The notes: a model not told the origin generated them from the sequence alone. Positions 21,841-32,848 are shown, counted from the first letter of the stretch. The stretch is 64,000 nt of DNA from Fibrobacterales bacterium (GCA_051532035.1 JAOPTW010000036.1:1-64000); one strand, 5' to 3'. Translations and numbers: made by a program.

Positions 21841-22718
21841 AAAACCGAACTCCGAATTCTCAACCCTAAAGAATACACATTTGAGGTTTGACTCCAAGGA
21901 TTCATACCATCATCAAAATAATGTTCATAGGAATAATAAATATCTAAGTGTGCTGCATGACCTACTAAACTTAGGCCAGATTCGATATGAAACGGTAACT
22001 GAATATCAGAAGCCCCCTCCATTCGTATTGGATTTACCCAACTATTAAGATACAGTGCATTATCCTTAAATACAGAATAAGCCCCCCGAGCTCCTAAATG
22101 AAGAGATTGTTGTATGGTCCCCCAATCGAGCGCCTGAGTAGTATCACCAACGATTTCATCAACACTAAGAATATAGTGATTGAATCGAATATGAGAATCA
22201 ATGGTCATTTTACCTGCCCAGAAAGTACTTCGCATTGTCGCACCTCCATGTATACTCGTAAGAACAATTACCCTATTACCACCAATGATCCCTGTCACAT
22301 CTCCCCTCTCCGCAGTACCGTGATTATCGACATCATGCTTACACTGATGGGTCACTCCCCATTCACTGGTGAGCATTCCATGATCGACAAACACAACAAT
22401 TCGCTCATTCCAATTTGAACTCCGTGGGTTAAACGAAATATCACTATATGGATTGGCTGAAAGTTCGTTCGAACCTATCAAGCCCAATTTGACAGAGCCC
22501 CAATTATAAAATTCTATGAGTGCGTTAAATTTAAGATCCCAATAGTACTCTTGTCCAGTGGACCCAAAGCCTCTATTTGCCTCTGCACTATAATGCGTTG
22601 CCGAGAGAAAGCCTTGTGGTGTTTCCACAAGAAAAGGATTGGCACTATGATTTCTCATCACCAAACCTTGCGCCATAAGAGCTTGTACCGAAATGAGTAA
22701 TATAAAAAACAATCGCAT
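21837..22718 (-). CDS. Putative outer-membrane beta-barrel protein
   Basis: Signal peptide, alternating aromatic-rich strands and C-terminal Phe (YSLGLRIRSSVF). Confidence 0.55.
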   Translation of the reverse strand: MRLFFILLISVQALMAQGLVMRNHSANPFLVETPQGFLSATHYSAEANRGFGSTGQEYYWDLKFNALIEFYNWGSVKLGLIGSNELSANPYSDISFNPRSSNWNERIVVFVDHGMLTSEWGVTHQCKHDVDNHGTAERGDVTGIIGGNRVIVLTSIHGGATMRSTFWAGKMTIDSHIRFNHYILSVDEIVGDTTQALDWGTIQQSLHLGARGAYSVFKDNALYLNSWVNPIRMEGASDIQLPFHIESGLSLVGHAAHLDIYYSYEHYFDDGMNPWSQTSNVYSLGLRIRSSVF

Positions 22719-22846
22719 GGTTCCACCTTTTTACATCAGTCGCTTAAATACGTAATTCCTTACAAAGTAAACGCTCAATTTTGGGAATATGAAATACTCT
22801 TTTTATAAGCCAAATCGTTGAGAAACCTCTATTGTATCAATTGATA

Positions 22847-23437
22847 TTAAAATAAGCTACGTTCAATAAAGAGCAGGTGCTCTTTGAGATGGATTAAAGA
22901 TTTTTTTTCACCCATAGCAGTCCTATAACTAAATACAGAATCTGCATACACCCAACCACTTACCGCTTCGGGTGGAGCTGAATTTGTAGAGAGGTAGAAG
23001 TAGAAATCATCGCTGTGATATATCCCTGCTTTATTTTCAAATTGCTGAAACAGTTTACCCGATACTTCAAAGCATTTTCCTTTAACAGAATCAATTGAAA
23101 CAGTCTGTAACTTTTTAAAGGGGTAAAGAGTGCCACACTTAAGAAGTATCCGTCCATAGATCTCTGTTGCATTGGTAATCTCAATTTCTTTACTCATAAA
23201 GAGTTTTTTAGCAGGTAACGGTATGCCTACAGATCCCCATGTAGTCAATGCTTCTTGAGTATAGGTTTGACCCAAAGTTACTCCAGCAAATGAAACATTT
23301 TTATTAATTGCATGATCAATAACACTCGTTGCCACTGCTGCGGCTGTGCCTTGTACAGAATCTGTTGATGTGACCGCTGTAGTATCTGCAACAGAAATAC
23401 CAACACAAAATAAAAGTGTCAAAATTGTAATTTTCAT
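22847..23437 (-). CDS. Secreted hypothetical protein
   Basis: Signal peptide followed by a Thr/Ala-rich segment; directly downstream of smc. Confidence 0.65.
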   Translation of the reverse strand: MKITILTLLFCVGISVADTTAVTSTDSVQGTAAAVATSVIDHAINKNVSFAGVTLGQTYTQEALTTWGSVGIPLPAKKLFMSKEIEITNATEIYGRILLKCGTLYPFKKLQTVSIDSVKGKCFEVSGKLFQQFENKAGIYHSDDFYFYLSTNSAPPEAVSGWVYADSVFSYRTAMGEKKSLIHLKEHLLFIERSLF

Positions 23438-23454
23438 AATTTCTCGTGTTAAGG

Positions 23455-26400
23455 TTATCCAACAATATCCGCAGCTTCTTCAAGCTGAACAGAAGTAACT
23501 TTAGAGATACCTTTCACCTCTTGCATTACTCCATAAAGTCGATCCGATGCCGCCATGGTTCGTTTGTTATGCGTAATAATAATAAACTGCGTCTGACGTG
23601 AAAACCGGCGCAATAGCTGCACAAAGCGACCAATGTTCGCATCATCCAGTGGGCCGTCAACTTCATCAAGAATACAGTACGGTGAAGGTTTTACCATATA
23701 GAGCGCAAACAACAGTGCTGTTGCAGTCAGCGCCCGTTCTCCACCAGAGAGCAGGGTTACACCACGCATTTTTTTACCCGTGGGCCGTGCATTAATATCG
23801 ATCTTCGCTTCAAGTGGGTCAACACCCTCTTCAAGGCTCAACTTCGCTTCCCCCTGATGCATCAGGCTTGCAAATACATCCTGAAAATTATTTTTCACCT
23901 GGTTAAAGGTTTCCAGAAATCGATCACGAGCGACATTATCCAGTTTTTGAATAGTCTTCTCAAGGGATATCCGCGCGGTATCAAGATCTTTAAACTGTTT
24001 CTCCGTATCTTCGAGTCGAGACTTCTCTTCCTCATAATCTTCAAGAGCCCCGGTATTAATATTACCGAGCTTCTTAATTTTTTCTTTTAACTGAGTAATC
24101 TCTTTTCGTGCTTCATCTTCATCATAATCAACTCGTGTGATTGATTCATCTGTTTCCAAGTCAACTTCATAAGATTCATAAATCCTCTCTTTGATATGAG
24201 AGGCCTTTACCCCCAAATCTGATGTCTTAATTTCACATTTGTGAATAAGCTCTGTTCCTTCACGAATTTGAGCATGTATTGTTTGAATCTCTTTTTGATA
24301 AATATCTAGACTCGAACGTTTCTCATCAAAAATTTCTCGGGCATCATCACGCCGAGATTCTTCGATGGTTAACCCTTCATAAAGCTCTTCTACTTTATCC
24401 TGAAGGCCTTGCATCACTTCCAATGATTCTTGTACAAACCCCTCACTCTCTTCAATCTGGAGTTGGCGTTTTTCAACAGTCTCTTTTAAGTTAACTTCAA
24501 GCTTATTGTTGTATTCAATTTCTTGTTGTAGTTTATTAATAGCACCACGAATCTGCAGCACCATAGTCCCTACTTCTTTGTACTCTTCTTCTTTCGAAGA
24601 CTTTTGAGTCTCTATCTCTTGCTGCTCTTCAACAGCAAGTTCATGTTGCTCTTCGAGCTCTTGACGGCGCCCCGCAGAATCATCAACTCCAGCACTCTGC
24701 TCATCAAGTGCAGACTTTAGGGGAATAATTTTTTCGTCAAAATCTTCAATTTTAAATTGAATACTCTCTTCTCGTTCCCGCATACTCTGTAATCGAGTCT
24801 GTGCAATACTGCGCGTTTGAATGGTATTTTGTAGTTGTCCACGAATAGTATCGAGTTCTTCTTTAGACTCTTCAATATTTGTTGCATGTACAGTCATCGC
24901 TTCCATAAGCTCTTCTCTTTCAAGCTCAACAGTTTCTAGTTGATATGTAACATCAATGAGCTCTTTTTCAAGTTCCTCTACACGACTTTTCCTTTTGAGA
25001 AGCCCACCATCATCACTCCCTTTACCACCTTTGATAATGCCAGAGGTATGTATCGCACGCAGAGAGTCTACCGCCACAAACCACACATCATGTTCACGGT
25101 GTTCATCAGCAAGACTACTCGCAATTTGAAAATTTGATACGAGATAATAATTACCTACAATAGCTTCTAAAGCATGCGTCAGCAAATCATCACTATCCAC
25201 TTGCTGATCTACCCAACCAATGTGCCCCTCTCCAAATAAATTTGGCCTCGTTCGACTATACTGAGTAAGTCTATCGAGAGAAGCAAACACTGCTTTACCT
25301 TTTTGTTCCCCTTCTAAATATTCGAGGAGTACTTCTGAATCTTCTAATGTACCTGCAATGACAAACTGCATTGCATCGCCTAAACAAAACTCTACTGCAT
25401 CAGGGTGCTCGCCAATAACCTTTATTTTATCTGAGAGAATCCCTTGGGCGATATCAGCCTTCTCATTTAAAATATTTTTAACCCCACCAGAAACACCTTC
25501 ATGGGAATTAATCACTTTTTTTAATACATCAAGTTCAGATTGTATCGATACTTTAGAAGAAGAGATTGTACGCTCTTGTTCACGAACTTCATCAAGACGC
25601 TCCCGAACCTCTTCGAGGGCATTCTGTGATTGTGTAGATTGCTCTTGAAGTTCTTCTTGTCGTTCTTCTAAGTCAGAATCAGACTCTTGTACATTCTCAA
25701 ATTCTCCCTCTACCTCTTCGATTTTATCGGTAAGGTCAACAAGCTCTCCTTGGAGGGATGACTTTTGAGTTTCAAAATTTTCAATTTCTTGTAGTGCTCG
25801 TTCATATTTATTTTTCACCTGAGAATGTGCTTCGATAAGCTTCATCAACTCAGCATTCAAGTCACGAGCATGTTCACGGACTTCAGAATGGCGATTATTT
25901 ATAACCTGAAGTTCCTCTTCGAAATTGGCGATAAATTCATCTTTGCCTTCAAGCTCTTCCTGAAACTGTGCAAGTTCTTCATTTTTTATCAGTCGTTCAC
26001 CATCAATTTCTCGAAGACGTTCTTTACTCGACTCTATTTCTTGTAAAAAGCGTTCAACACTTTCATTTTGATGAGTGACCCGTTCACGTGCCCGTTTCGC
26101 TTCGTGATCCGCATCATTAATTTCCATTTTTCTATTGGATACAACCTGCTCTGCCTCGCGCAGGGCCTCTTCTTCATCAGACATGGTCAATTTTTTTTCT
26201 TCAAGGGTGAGCTCTATGGTTGCGAGCTTTGCCTGAAGTTCAGTCATTCGATTTTCTTCGGCAACTTTACGTTTTTCAAATTCTTGACAAGCAGACCTAT
26301 ACTCAAAGTATTTGTCATAGCCCATTGAGATTTCGAGTTCTTTACCTCTATTGGTAAGGGTGCGCCATTGTTCAGCTTTTTTCGCCTGGTTTTCGTATCG

Positions 26401-27030
26401 TGTTACCGATTGACGAACCATTCTGAGCGACTCTTCTACTCGTTCAAGGTCAAAAGCAGTTCGCTCTAGTTGCCTCAATGTCTCTTTACGCTGTTGTTTA
26501 TACTTACTAATACCCGATGCTTCTTCAAACAGATGTCGACGTTCTTCTGCTTTATCACTCAGGAGTGCATCAATCATACGCGACTCCATAAGAGAGTATG
26601 AGGCTGCCCCCATACCAGTATCATAAAAAAGTGCATGAATATCTTTGAGACGACACTCTTGATTATTGATGAGGTATTCAGATTCTCCGCTACGATAGGC
26701 ACGGCGAGTAATTTGTATTTCCGGATAATCAGAAGGGAGTTGTCCCTTTTCATTATTAATTATGAGAGAAACTTCTGCAAAGTTGAGTGCTGGCTTATCG
26801 GCAGTACCCGAAAATATCACATCACTCATATTTTTGGAACGGAGTTGTTTTACCCGTTGTTCACCGAGCACCCAACGAATTGAGTCCATAATATTTGATT
26901 TACCACAACCATTGGGTCCAACAATAGCAGTGATACCATTTCCAGGAAAGTTCACTTCAACTTTATTAGGAAAAGATTTAAAACCAAATATCTTTAGTTT
27001 TGACAGATACAATGGATGGCTCCGGCTCAA
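23455..27030 (-). CDS. smc: Chromosome segregation protein SMC
   Basis: GFKSF, Walker A GPNGCGKSN, long coiled coils with central hinge, LSGGE signature and ILDEVDGPLD. The true start may be TTG at 27012. Confidence 0.97.
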   Translation of the reverse strand: MSRSHPLYLSKLKIFGFKSFPNKVEVNFPGNGITAIVGPNGCGKSNIMDSIRWVLGEQRVKQLRSKNMSDVIFSGTADKPALNFAEVSLIINNEKGQLPSDYPEIQITRRAYRSGESEYLINNQECRLKDIHALFYDTGMGAASYSLMESRMIDALLSDKAEERRHLFEEASGISKYKQQRKETLRQLERTAFDLERVEESLRMVRQSVTRYENQAKKAEQWRTLTNRGKELEISMGYDKYFEYRSACQEFEKRKVAEENRMTELQAKLATIELTLEEKKLTMSDEEEALREAEQVVSNRKMEINDADHEAKRARERVTHQNESVERFLQEIESSKERLREIDGERLIKNEELAQFQEELEGKDEFIANFEEELQVINNRHSEVREHARDLNAELMKLIEAHSQVKNKYERALQEIENFETQKSSLQGELVDLTDKIEEVEGEFENVQESDSDLEERQEELQEQSTQSQNALEEVRERLDEVREQERTISSSKVSIQSELDVLKKVINSHEGVSGGVKNILNEKADIAQGILSDKIKVIGEHPDAVEFCLGDAMQFVIAGTLEDSEVLLEYLEGEQKGKAVFASLDRLTQYSRTRPNLFGEGHIGWVDQQVDSDDLLTHALEAIVGNYYLVSNFQIASSLADEHREHDVWFVAVDSLRAIHTSGIIKGGKGSDDGGLLKRKSRVEELEKELIDVTYQLETVELEREELMEAMTVHATNIEESKEELDTIRGQLQNTIQTRSIAQTRLQSMREREESIQFKIEDFDEKIIPLKSALDEQSAGVDDSAGRRQELEEQHELAVEEQQEIETQKSSKEEEYKEVGTMVLQIRGAINKLQQEIEYNNKLEVNLKETVEKRQLQIEESEGFVQESLEVMQGLQDKVEELYEGLTIEESRRDDAREIFDEKRSSLDIYQKEIQTIHAQIREGTELIHKCEIKTSDLGVKASHIKERIYESYEVDLETDESITRVDYDEDEARKEITQLKEKIKKLGNINTGALEDYEEEKSRLEDTEKQFKDLDTARISLEKTIQKLDNVARDRFLETFNQVKNNFQDVFASLMHQGEAKLSLEEGVDPLEAKIDINARPTGKKMRGVTLLSGGERALTATALLFALYMVKPSPYCILDEVDGPLDDANIGRFVQLLRRFSRQTQFIIITHNKRTMAASDRLYGVMQEVKGISKVTSVQLEEAADIVG

Positions 27031-27247
27031 TGTTTAAGTGATTGAAAGGTAGTATTTTACCCCTGTTTTACAATAATATTTCTTTAGCTATAGCATCCCT
27101 AAAGCATTCATATACCATATTTTAGCCCAATTGACCCCACTCTAAATCCCCCATTTTCTGTAAAACAGTCTCCCAAATTACTCAAAGAGCGAGTTTTCAC
27201 CCATTTATCCAGAAAAATATTTATTTTCAGCCCATACCCTCTCTCAT

Positions 27248-27739
27248 GTGAGCTTACTTATGTTAAAAAAAGCAATAATAATCACTCTTTTGTCATCAAT
27301 AATGCTTATTGCTGCCTCAAAAGATGCCTTTTTAGGGAAGTGGTTTACAAAAGACACTGAGAGTATTATTGAAATATTTCAAAAAGAGGGAAAGATTTAC
27401 GGGGCTATTCGTTGGTTAAAAGAACCCCTCGATAGTAACGGAGTTCCAAAAATGGATGACAACAATCCCGACGAATCCCTGAGAAAAACTCCTATAATCG
27501 GCCTTGAACTCCTTAAAGAATTTGAATTTAATGATGGTGAACTTGAAGAGGGCACTATCTATGACCCTAACAACGGTAAAACCTACAGTTGTGAAATAAA
27601 GATCCAAAAGAATATTCTAAAAGTACGAGGCTACATTGGATTTTCATTCATTGGCCGTACAGCTGAATGGGCCCGTGTTCCACAAACATTCTCGCTAGAG
27701 ACACCTACACCTCCTAGCGATAGCCTCACTCATAAATAG
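27248..27739 (+). CDS. DUF2147-family secreted protein
   Basis: Signal peptide, GKW, DDNNPDESLR, GTIYDPNNGKTYSC and LKVRGYIGFSFIGRT. Confidence 0.85.
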   Translation: MSLLMLKKAIIITLLSSIMLIAASKDAFLGKWFTKDTESIIEIFQKEGKIYGAIRWLKEPLDSNGVPKMDDNNPDESLRKTPIIGLELLKEFEFNDGELEEGTIYDPNNGKTYSCEIKIQKNILKVRGYIGFSFIGRTAEWARVPQTFSLETPTPPSDSLTHK

Positions 27740-27833
27740 TACACGCTTTGCCTCACCAATTTCCCTACTTAGTGCCACATTTAGAAGAAAATGTGGTATA
27801 CTCAATCCAGAATAATCTTAATTTGGTGAATCC

Positions 27834-28316
27834 ATGGTTCAAGAATCATTTCTCAATAGTGCCATTCGCCTTGAACATCTTGCAGCAGAACTCTATCTCT
27901 GCTTTTACCACCAATTTGAAGAGGATGCAAGTTTTTGGTGGCATTTAGTACTCGAAGAAAAGAACCACGCCTCAATCCTGAGTTTTGCACAGACAATAGA
28001 AACTAATTCTGGACTCCCTGAGCCATTACAACGGTTTTTAGAAACAGAACTTCAGACCCCCATAACTGCACTTGAAGGACTCATTAGCCAGGTACGCACA
28101 GAACCTGTTACTCGTGAAAAAGCCTTCAATTTAGCACTCTATGTTGAAGTTGGACTTGGAGAGGGACAGTTCCAATCAATTATCGACATGGACTCCCCCA
28201 ATGAGATGATGAAAATATTCAAGCAGCTTAAAGATGAGGACGGTCTCCATCGAGACCGCATTGTTGAATATATGGAAAAAGCAGGCATCCCCATCGACCA
28301 CAAACTCTTCCAATAA
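27834..28316 (+). CDS. Ferritin-like/rubrerythrin-family di-iron protein
   Basis: EHLAAELY...EEKNH...ALYVE...EDGLH four-helix bundle pattern. Confidence 0.7.
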   Translation: MVQESFLNSAIRLEHLAAELYLCFYHQFEEDASFWWHLVLEEKNHASILSFAQTIETNSGLPEPLQRFLETELQTPITALEGLISQVRTEPVTREKAFNLALYVEVGLGEGQFQSIIDMDSPNEMMKIFKQLKDEDGLHRDRIVEYMEKAGIPIDHKLFQ

Positions 28317-28348
28317 AAAAGGCCCAATTCACATTACTGAATTGGGCC
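28315..28348 (-). terminator. Intrinsic terminator between convergent genes
   Basis: AAAAAAGGCCCAATTCA-cattac-TGAATTGGGCC. Confidence 0.75.
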
Positions 28349-28387
28349 ATTACATTAGCTCGTTATCTTCTCGTAGTCATTTATCAA

Positions 28388-29995
28388 CTATTCTACAAAA
28401 AATGGAAAACTCGCATGCCCCATCTTTCCATGCTGATCATAGACATAAGCAAAAAGTCTATAAGGTCCCTTTTCTTTTGGTACCTCTATCTCAAAAGTTC
28501 CATCCTCATTAATACCTGAAATTGCACCGGTAATCGTTTCTGGAACATCCTCCACTTCTCCACCAATTTTTTTGGACTGAGACTCCCTCAAGAGTTCATA
28601 TACATATACGAGATCTCGTTTATCTTCTGTATCAACTGCATCAAGTTTGCCACTGTAGGTCGTTCCCATTACAAAACGAATGTTATCTTTAGCATATCTA
28701 TTATCAATCTTTAGAGTACGTACTATAGGCGCACGATTATTGGGATACTTCCCAGTCCAAACCTTTGCAAGAGCATCTGCACCTGCGGTAACATCACTCC
28801 CGTTAAAAATCAAACCATACCACGTTCGGGTACGCTCCTGTTTCTCACCCCAAAGAAAGGCATATCCACCAAGGCAAGAACTTTCATTATGGAGCTGTTC
28901 AGTACGTTTTTTATATTTTGTCGCTTTAGTGGAAGAATTGTCCTCTACATAGGCCCCCCATTCGGTTTTACCCACTTCCCAGTGCCCGTCGGGTCCATAT
29001 TCTGTAACAATTGTAGGGCCATTCCACCCATTATTCACCGCATCTCTAAACACAACAGATATACCCGCATAAGCATTGAGTCCAAGTACCTCAATATCTT
29101 TCGCATATTTCTTAATCCCATCTATCGCATCTTGCTCCGGCCAGTAAAGAATGGTCGAGGTCGGGTGTTTTCCATCAACTTTTTTAATAAAAGTAGCGAG
29201 GCGTCCAATTTGTTGCCATACGCGTGGGTTAAGGTCAAAAGATTTTTGAATGTTATCAGCCTTATCAAGATAATGATTTGTTTGAACTTCATTTCCGATA
29301 CCCCACATTAAAAGCGCTGGGTGATCTTTTATTGAAAGTATCTGCTTTTTATAGAACTCAAAGCGTTCTTCAAACCACGCGTCATTATCATAGCCAATTG
29401 TGGTATCAAGATCGTCATGAGACTTCATTTTCTCTATATCATCCACAATGTACTGTGCAAAACGAGCCTTTTCCTTGAAAAGAGCCTCTTTGATTGCTGC
29501 AATATCTTTAACTGCATCAACACTGACCCCAGTGATTTCCTTATAGGCTGATCGAATGATTCTACGAGCATTAACCGCCTCTATAAGATGACGCTCATGG
29601 TCAATCCAGAGCCCTACATGAACCGTAATCCCCTCTTTAGCACAGCTATCAAGTAGAGGAATAGTATGTTCATCGATACCCCAGGTACGAATTGAATTCC
29701 CACCAGAAGCCAATAAATAATCACGCTGTTGCCATCCGCCAACACCATTTACAAAATACTCTTCTCCATTTCTAAATAGCTTCCAATGACCATTTACCTT
29801 TTTTACATCAATTTGAGCCACTGAGGTTCCTAACGGCTTATATTCCCCTTTTGGAAGAGGTTTACGTGGAATACTTACCGACCCAGGAGTTGTTCCAGAA
29901 CACCCTGTTACATTTAATAGAGCCCATAAAGCCGTTACCGTGATCACCGAAAAGAGTTTCATTGCCTCTCCAATTATAATTGTTAATGCGTCCAA
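28388..29995 (-). CDS. Clan GH-A glycoside hydrolase lipoprotein (GH2-like TIM barrel) with C-terminal Ig-like domain
   Basis: Lipobox VTGC, GGNSIRTWG, MWGIGNE, VTEYGPDGHWE and FLWGEKQERTRTWYG. The likely start is the second Met (MKLFSV). Confidence 0.8.
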   Translation of the reverse strand: MDALTIIIGEAMKLFSVITVTALWALLNVTGCSGTTPGSVSIPRKPLPKGEYKPLGTSVAQIDVKKVNGHWKLFRNGEEYFVNGVGGWQQRDYLLASGGNSIRTWGIDEHTIPLLDSCAKEGITVHVGLWIDHERHLIEAVNARRIIRSAYKEITGVSVDAVKDIAAIKEALFKEKARFAQYIVDDIEKMKSHDDLDTTIGYDNDAWFEERFEFYKKQILSIKDHPALLMWGIGNEVQTNHYLDKADNIQKSFDLNPRVWQQIGRLATFIKKVDGKHPTSTILYWPEQDAIDGIKKYAKDIEVLGLNAYAGISVVFRDAVNNGWNGPTIVTEYGPDGHWEVGKTEWGAYVEDNSSTKATKYKKRTEQLHNESSCLGGYAFLWGEKQERTRTWYGLIFNGSDVTAGADALAKVWTGKYPNNRAPIVRTLKIDNRYAKDNIRFVMGTTYSGKLDAVDTEDKRDLVYVYELLRESQSKKIGGEVEDVPETITGAISGINEDGTFEIEVPKEKGPYRLFAYVYDQHGKMGHASFPFFVE

Positions 29996-30253
29996 TATAA
30001 CTTCACCAAAATGTGATTGCAGGTTTAATTGGCACCCTACAATAAACCTAATAACTATTTGTTTACTTTATGTTCACATTACATGATCTCAATCTTCTCA
30101 AGCTCTTTCTTTGCAAGAAAAAGATGTTTTTACACTCAATGCGTAAAAACAAGTGCGCTTATAACAGTATAGATTACCAGTCTAAACATCCAACTCCTTC
30201 CCTTTACCATAAAATTTGCTATTTTAAGGCCGTAATCCTAAAATCTTGAGCTT

Positions 30254-31609
30254 ATGTTTTCTCAACTCTCCGATCGTTTAGAAGGTGTTTTTAAAACTCT
30301 CAAAGGTGAATCTAAGATCACCGAAGAGAATATTTCAACTGCTCTCCGTGAAGTACGTCGTGCATTTCTCGAAGCTGACGTTAACTTTTCTGTCACAAAA
30401 GAGTTCGTTAATGCAGTAAAAGAGAAAGCACTTGGCCAAGAGGTATTACAGTCGGTAAACCCGGCTCAAATGATTGTAAAATTTATCAATGATGAACTCG
30501 TTGAAATAATGGGCGGCAAAGCTCATGAGCTCCAAATTGAAGGCAAGAGACCTTTTAGTATAATGATGGTTGGTCTCCAAGGTTCTGGTAAAACAACCTT
30601 TACGGGGAAAATTGCCCTCCACCTAAGAAACAAAAAGAAATTAAAGCCTCTACTCGTAGCTGCCGATGTTTATCGCCCCGCTGCGATTAAACAACTTCAA
30701 ATTCTTGGTAAATCTCTCGGAATTGAGGTGTTTGAAGAGGGTCAAGGCGACCCCGTTGTCATTGCAAAAAACGCCCGTGAATATGCAATTAAAAATGAAT
30801 TTGATGTAATCATTTACGATACTGCTGGTCGACTACAGATTGATGAAGCATTGATGAAAGAGGTTGAGGACATAAAGGCCGCAGTAAAGCCACATGAAAT
30901 CTTCTTTGTCGCAGACTCGATGCTTGGACAGGAAGCAGTTAATGTATCTGAAGAGTTTTATAACCGCCTTGAATTTACCGGTATCTGTCTCTCAAAACTT
31001 GATGGTGACACCCGTGGTGGTGCCGCTCTCAGTATTAAAAAAGTAGCGGGTGGTGTCCCTATTCGCTTTATTGGTACTGGTGAAAAACTTGCCGACATTG
31101 AGGTATTCTATCCCGACCGCATGGCAAACCGCATCCTTGGTATGGGTGATGTAGTGTCACTTGTCGAGCGTGCTCAAGAGGTGATCGACGAAAAAGAGGC
31201 AAAAAAACTTACCAATAGGTTAATGAGTAATAAATTTGATCTCGAAGACTTTCTGGGGCAACTCCGCATGATCAAAAAACTCGGCCCTCTTAAAGATATA
31301 ATGGGCATGATCCCTGGAATGGGTAAAATGAAAGATGCCCTCAAAGGTGACGAATTCAAATCTATCGAAGCAATTCTCTCATCAATGACCCCAAAGGAAC
31401 GCAAATTCCCTAAAGTACTTGATGCAAGCCGTAGAAGAAGAATATCCCGTGGCTCTGGAACATCGGTTCAACAGGTGAATCAAGTGATTAAACAGTTCGA
31501 AGATATGAAAAAAATGATGAAGCAGATGACCAAAATGACTGGTAAAATGAAGGGCGGCAAAGGTGGCATGCCCAACATGAGTCAATTAAAAGGCATGATG
31601 GGTCAGTAA
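30254..31609 (+). CDS. ffh: Signal recognition particle protein Ffh
   Basis: GLQGSGKTT, DVYRPAA, DTAGRL, KLDGDTRGGAALS and Met-rich M domain. Confidence 0.98.
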   Translation: MFSQLSDRLEGVFKTLKGESKITEENISTALREVRRAFLEADVNFSVTKEFVNAVKEKALGQEVLQSVNPAQMIVKFINDELVEIMGGKAHELQIEGKRPFSIMMVGLQGSGKTTFTGKIALHLRNKKKLKPLLVAADVYRPAAIKQLQILGKSLGIEVFEEGQGDPVVIAKNAREYAIKNEFDVIIYDTAGRLQIDEALMKEVEDIKAAVKPHEIFFVADSMLGQEAVNVSEEFYNRLEFTGICLSKLDGDTRGGAALSIKKVAGGVPIRFIGTGEKLADIEVFYPDRMANRILGMGDVVSLVERAQEVIDEKEAKKLTNRLMSNKFDLEDFLGQLRMIKKLGPLKDIMGMIPGMGKMKDALKGDEFKSIEAILSSMTPKERKFPKVLDASRRRRISRGSGTSVQQVNQVIKQFEDMKKMMKQMTKMTGKMKGGKGGMPNMSQLKGMMGQ

Positions 31610-31669
31610 GAATTAACGATAACCTCATCTAACATTCACTTTATATTCCCCCTCTTCACTATTCATTTT

Positions 31670-31703
31670 GGTAACGCCTCTATAAAAGAGCGGCGTTACC
31701 TTT
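31670..31703 (+). terminator. Putative terminator after ffh
   Basis: GGTAACGCC...GGCGTTACC hairpin followed by TTT. Confidence 0.55.
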
Positions 31704-31852
31704 GCTATTTTTGACTTTTTTTACATTTCACGTAGAACAGAAGGGATTTTATGGCTTTACTCGAACAAATTTCTTCGACAGTCATTGCAGATCGGCTTAT
31801 TTTATATTAAATTTGTCGCAATAATTATCTAAAATAAATTTTGGAGTACCAT

Positions 31853-32275
31853 TTGGCAACAGTATTACGTTTAGCTAGAAAAGGTAGAGCTCACGAGGCT
31901 ATATATTCTGTAGTAGTAGCAGACAGTCGCTCACCACGTGATGGCAAGTTCATCGAAAATGTAGGATATTACAATCCTAACACCCAGCCTGCAGAGATTT
32001 CATTTGAAAACTCAGCAGTTATAGACTGGATGGTTAAAGGGGCACAGCCTTCTGATACCGTTAAATCTCTTCTTAAACAAGCTGGCATTTATGCAATGTA
32101 CGTTGCAGCCAAAAAAGGTGAAGACATTAGCAACTTTGTTGTGACTCCTAAGCCTCTTGTTGAAAAAGAGAAAAAACCAAGTAAAAAAGCTCTCGCGAAA
32201 ATCGAAGCAGAAAAAGAAGCCGCTGCTGCTGAGGCTGCTGCCGCAGAAGCACCTGCTGAAGAAGCTGCAAAATAA
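31853..32275 (+). CDS. rpsP: 30S ribosomal protein S16 with Ala/Glu/Lys-rich C-terminal extension
   Basis: RLARKG...VVADSRSPRDGKFIENVGYYNP...GAQPSDTV; TTG start at 31853 behind GGAG. Confidence 0.97.
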   Translation: MATVLRLARKGRAHEAIYSVVVADSRSPRDGKFIENVGYYNPNTQPAEISFENSAVIDWMVKGAQPSDTVKSLLKQAGIYAMYVAAKKGEDISNFVVTPKPLVEKEKKPSKKALAKIEAEKEAAAAEAAAAEAPAEEAAK

Positions 32276-32289
32276 TCAAGGATCGGGTA

Positions 32290-32841
32290 TTGGACTTCAA
32301 CCCGAATGATTACACAGCAGTTGGAAAACTGCTGAAGCCTTTTGCCGTAAAAGGTGAGATCAAGGTCATGCCATTGACCTTTGATCTCGATCGGCTCTCT
32401 CTTTTGAATAAAATATTTATTCAATCTCCTCGAAAAGCTTCAGACATTAAAGAACTGACGATTGAGTCAGCTCGCACTAAACAAGACCTCTGGTTTGTTA
32501 AGTTTGAAGAAATTACAAGCCCAGAAGATGCCAAACGATTTAACGGATGGATCATCCTCATTCATAATGACGAACGCCTACCACTCGAAGAAGGTGAATT
32601 TTATTTATCTGACCTCGAAGGCTTTCAGGTTGAATCATCTGGAGGCACAGACCTCGGAACGGTAAAAGAAGTCATTGAATACCCCACAGCTAATACCTTC
32701 CACATCAAATACCAAGGTCAAGACATCATGGCCCCCTGGATAGATGAGTGTATTGTAGACATCGATGATACGCGTCAGGTCGTTATAGTTAATACGCATT
32801 TTCTCAGTGAAACTTATGAGTTCCTCAAAAGCATCGAATAG
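32290..32841 (+). CDS. rimM: 16S rRNA processing protein RimM
   Basis: VGKLLKPFAVKGEIKV and LEEGEFYLSDLEG; canonical position between rpsP and trmD. Confidence 0.93.
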   Translation: MDFNPNDYTAVGKLLKPFAVKGEIKVMPLTFDLDRLSLLNKIFIQSPRKASDIKELTIESARTKQDLWFVKFEEITSPEDAKRFNGWIILIHNDERLPLEEGEFYLSDLEGFQVESSGGTDLGTVKEVIEYPTANTFHIKYQGQDIMAPWIDECIVDIDDTRQVVIVNTHFLSETYEFLKSIE

Positions 32842-32848
32842 GTGCTCT

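Noticed and set aside
30000..30253. Possible SRP RNA next to ffh
   Set aside because: AT-rich, with no GC-rich stem carrying the conserved SRP domain IV loop.
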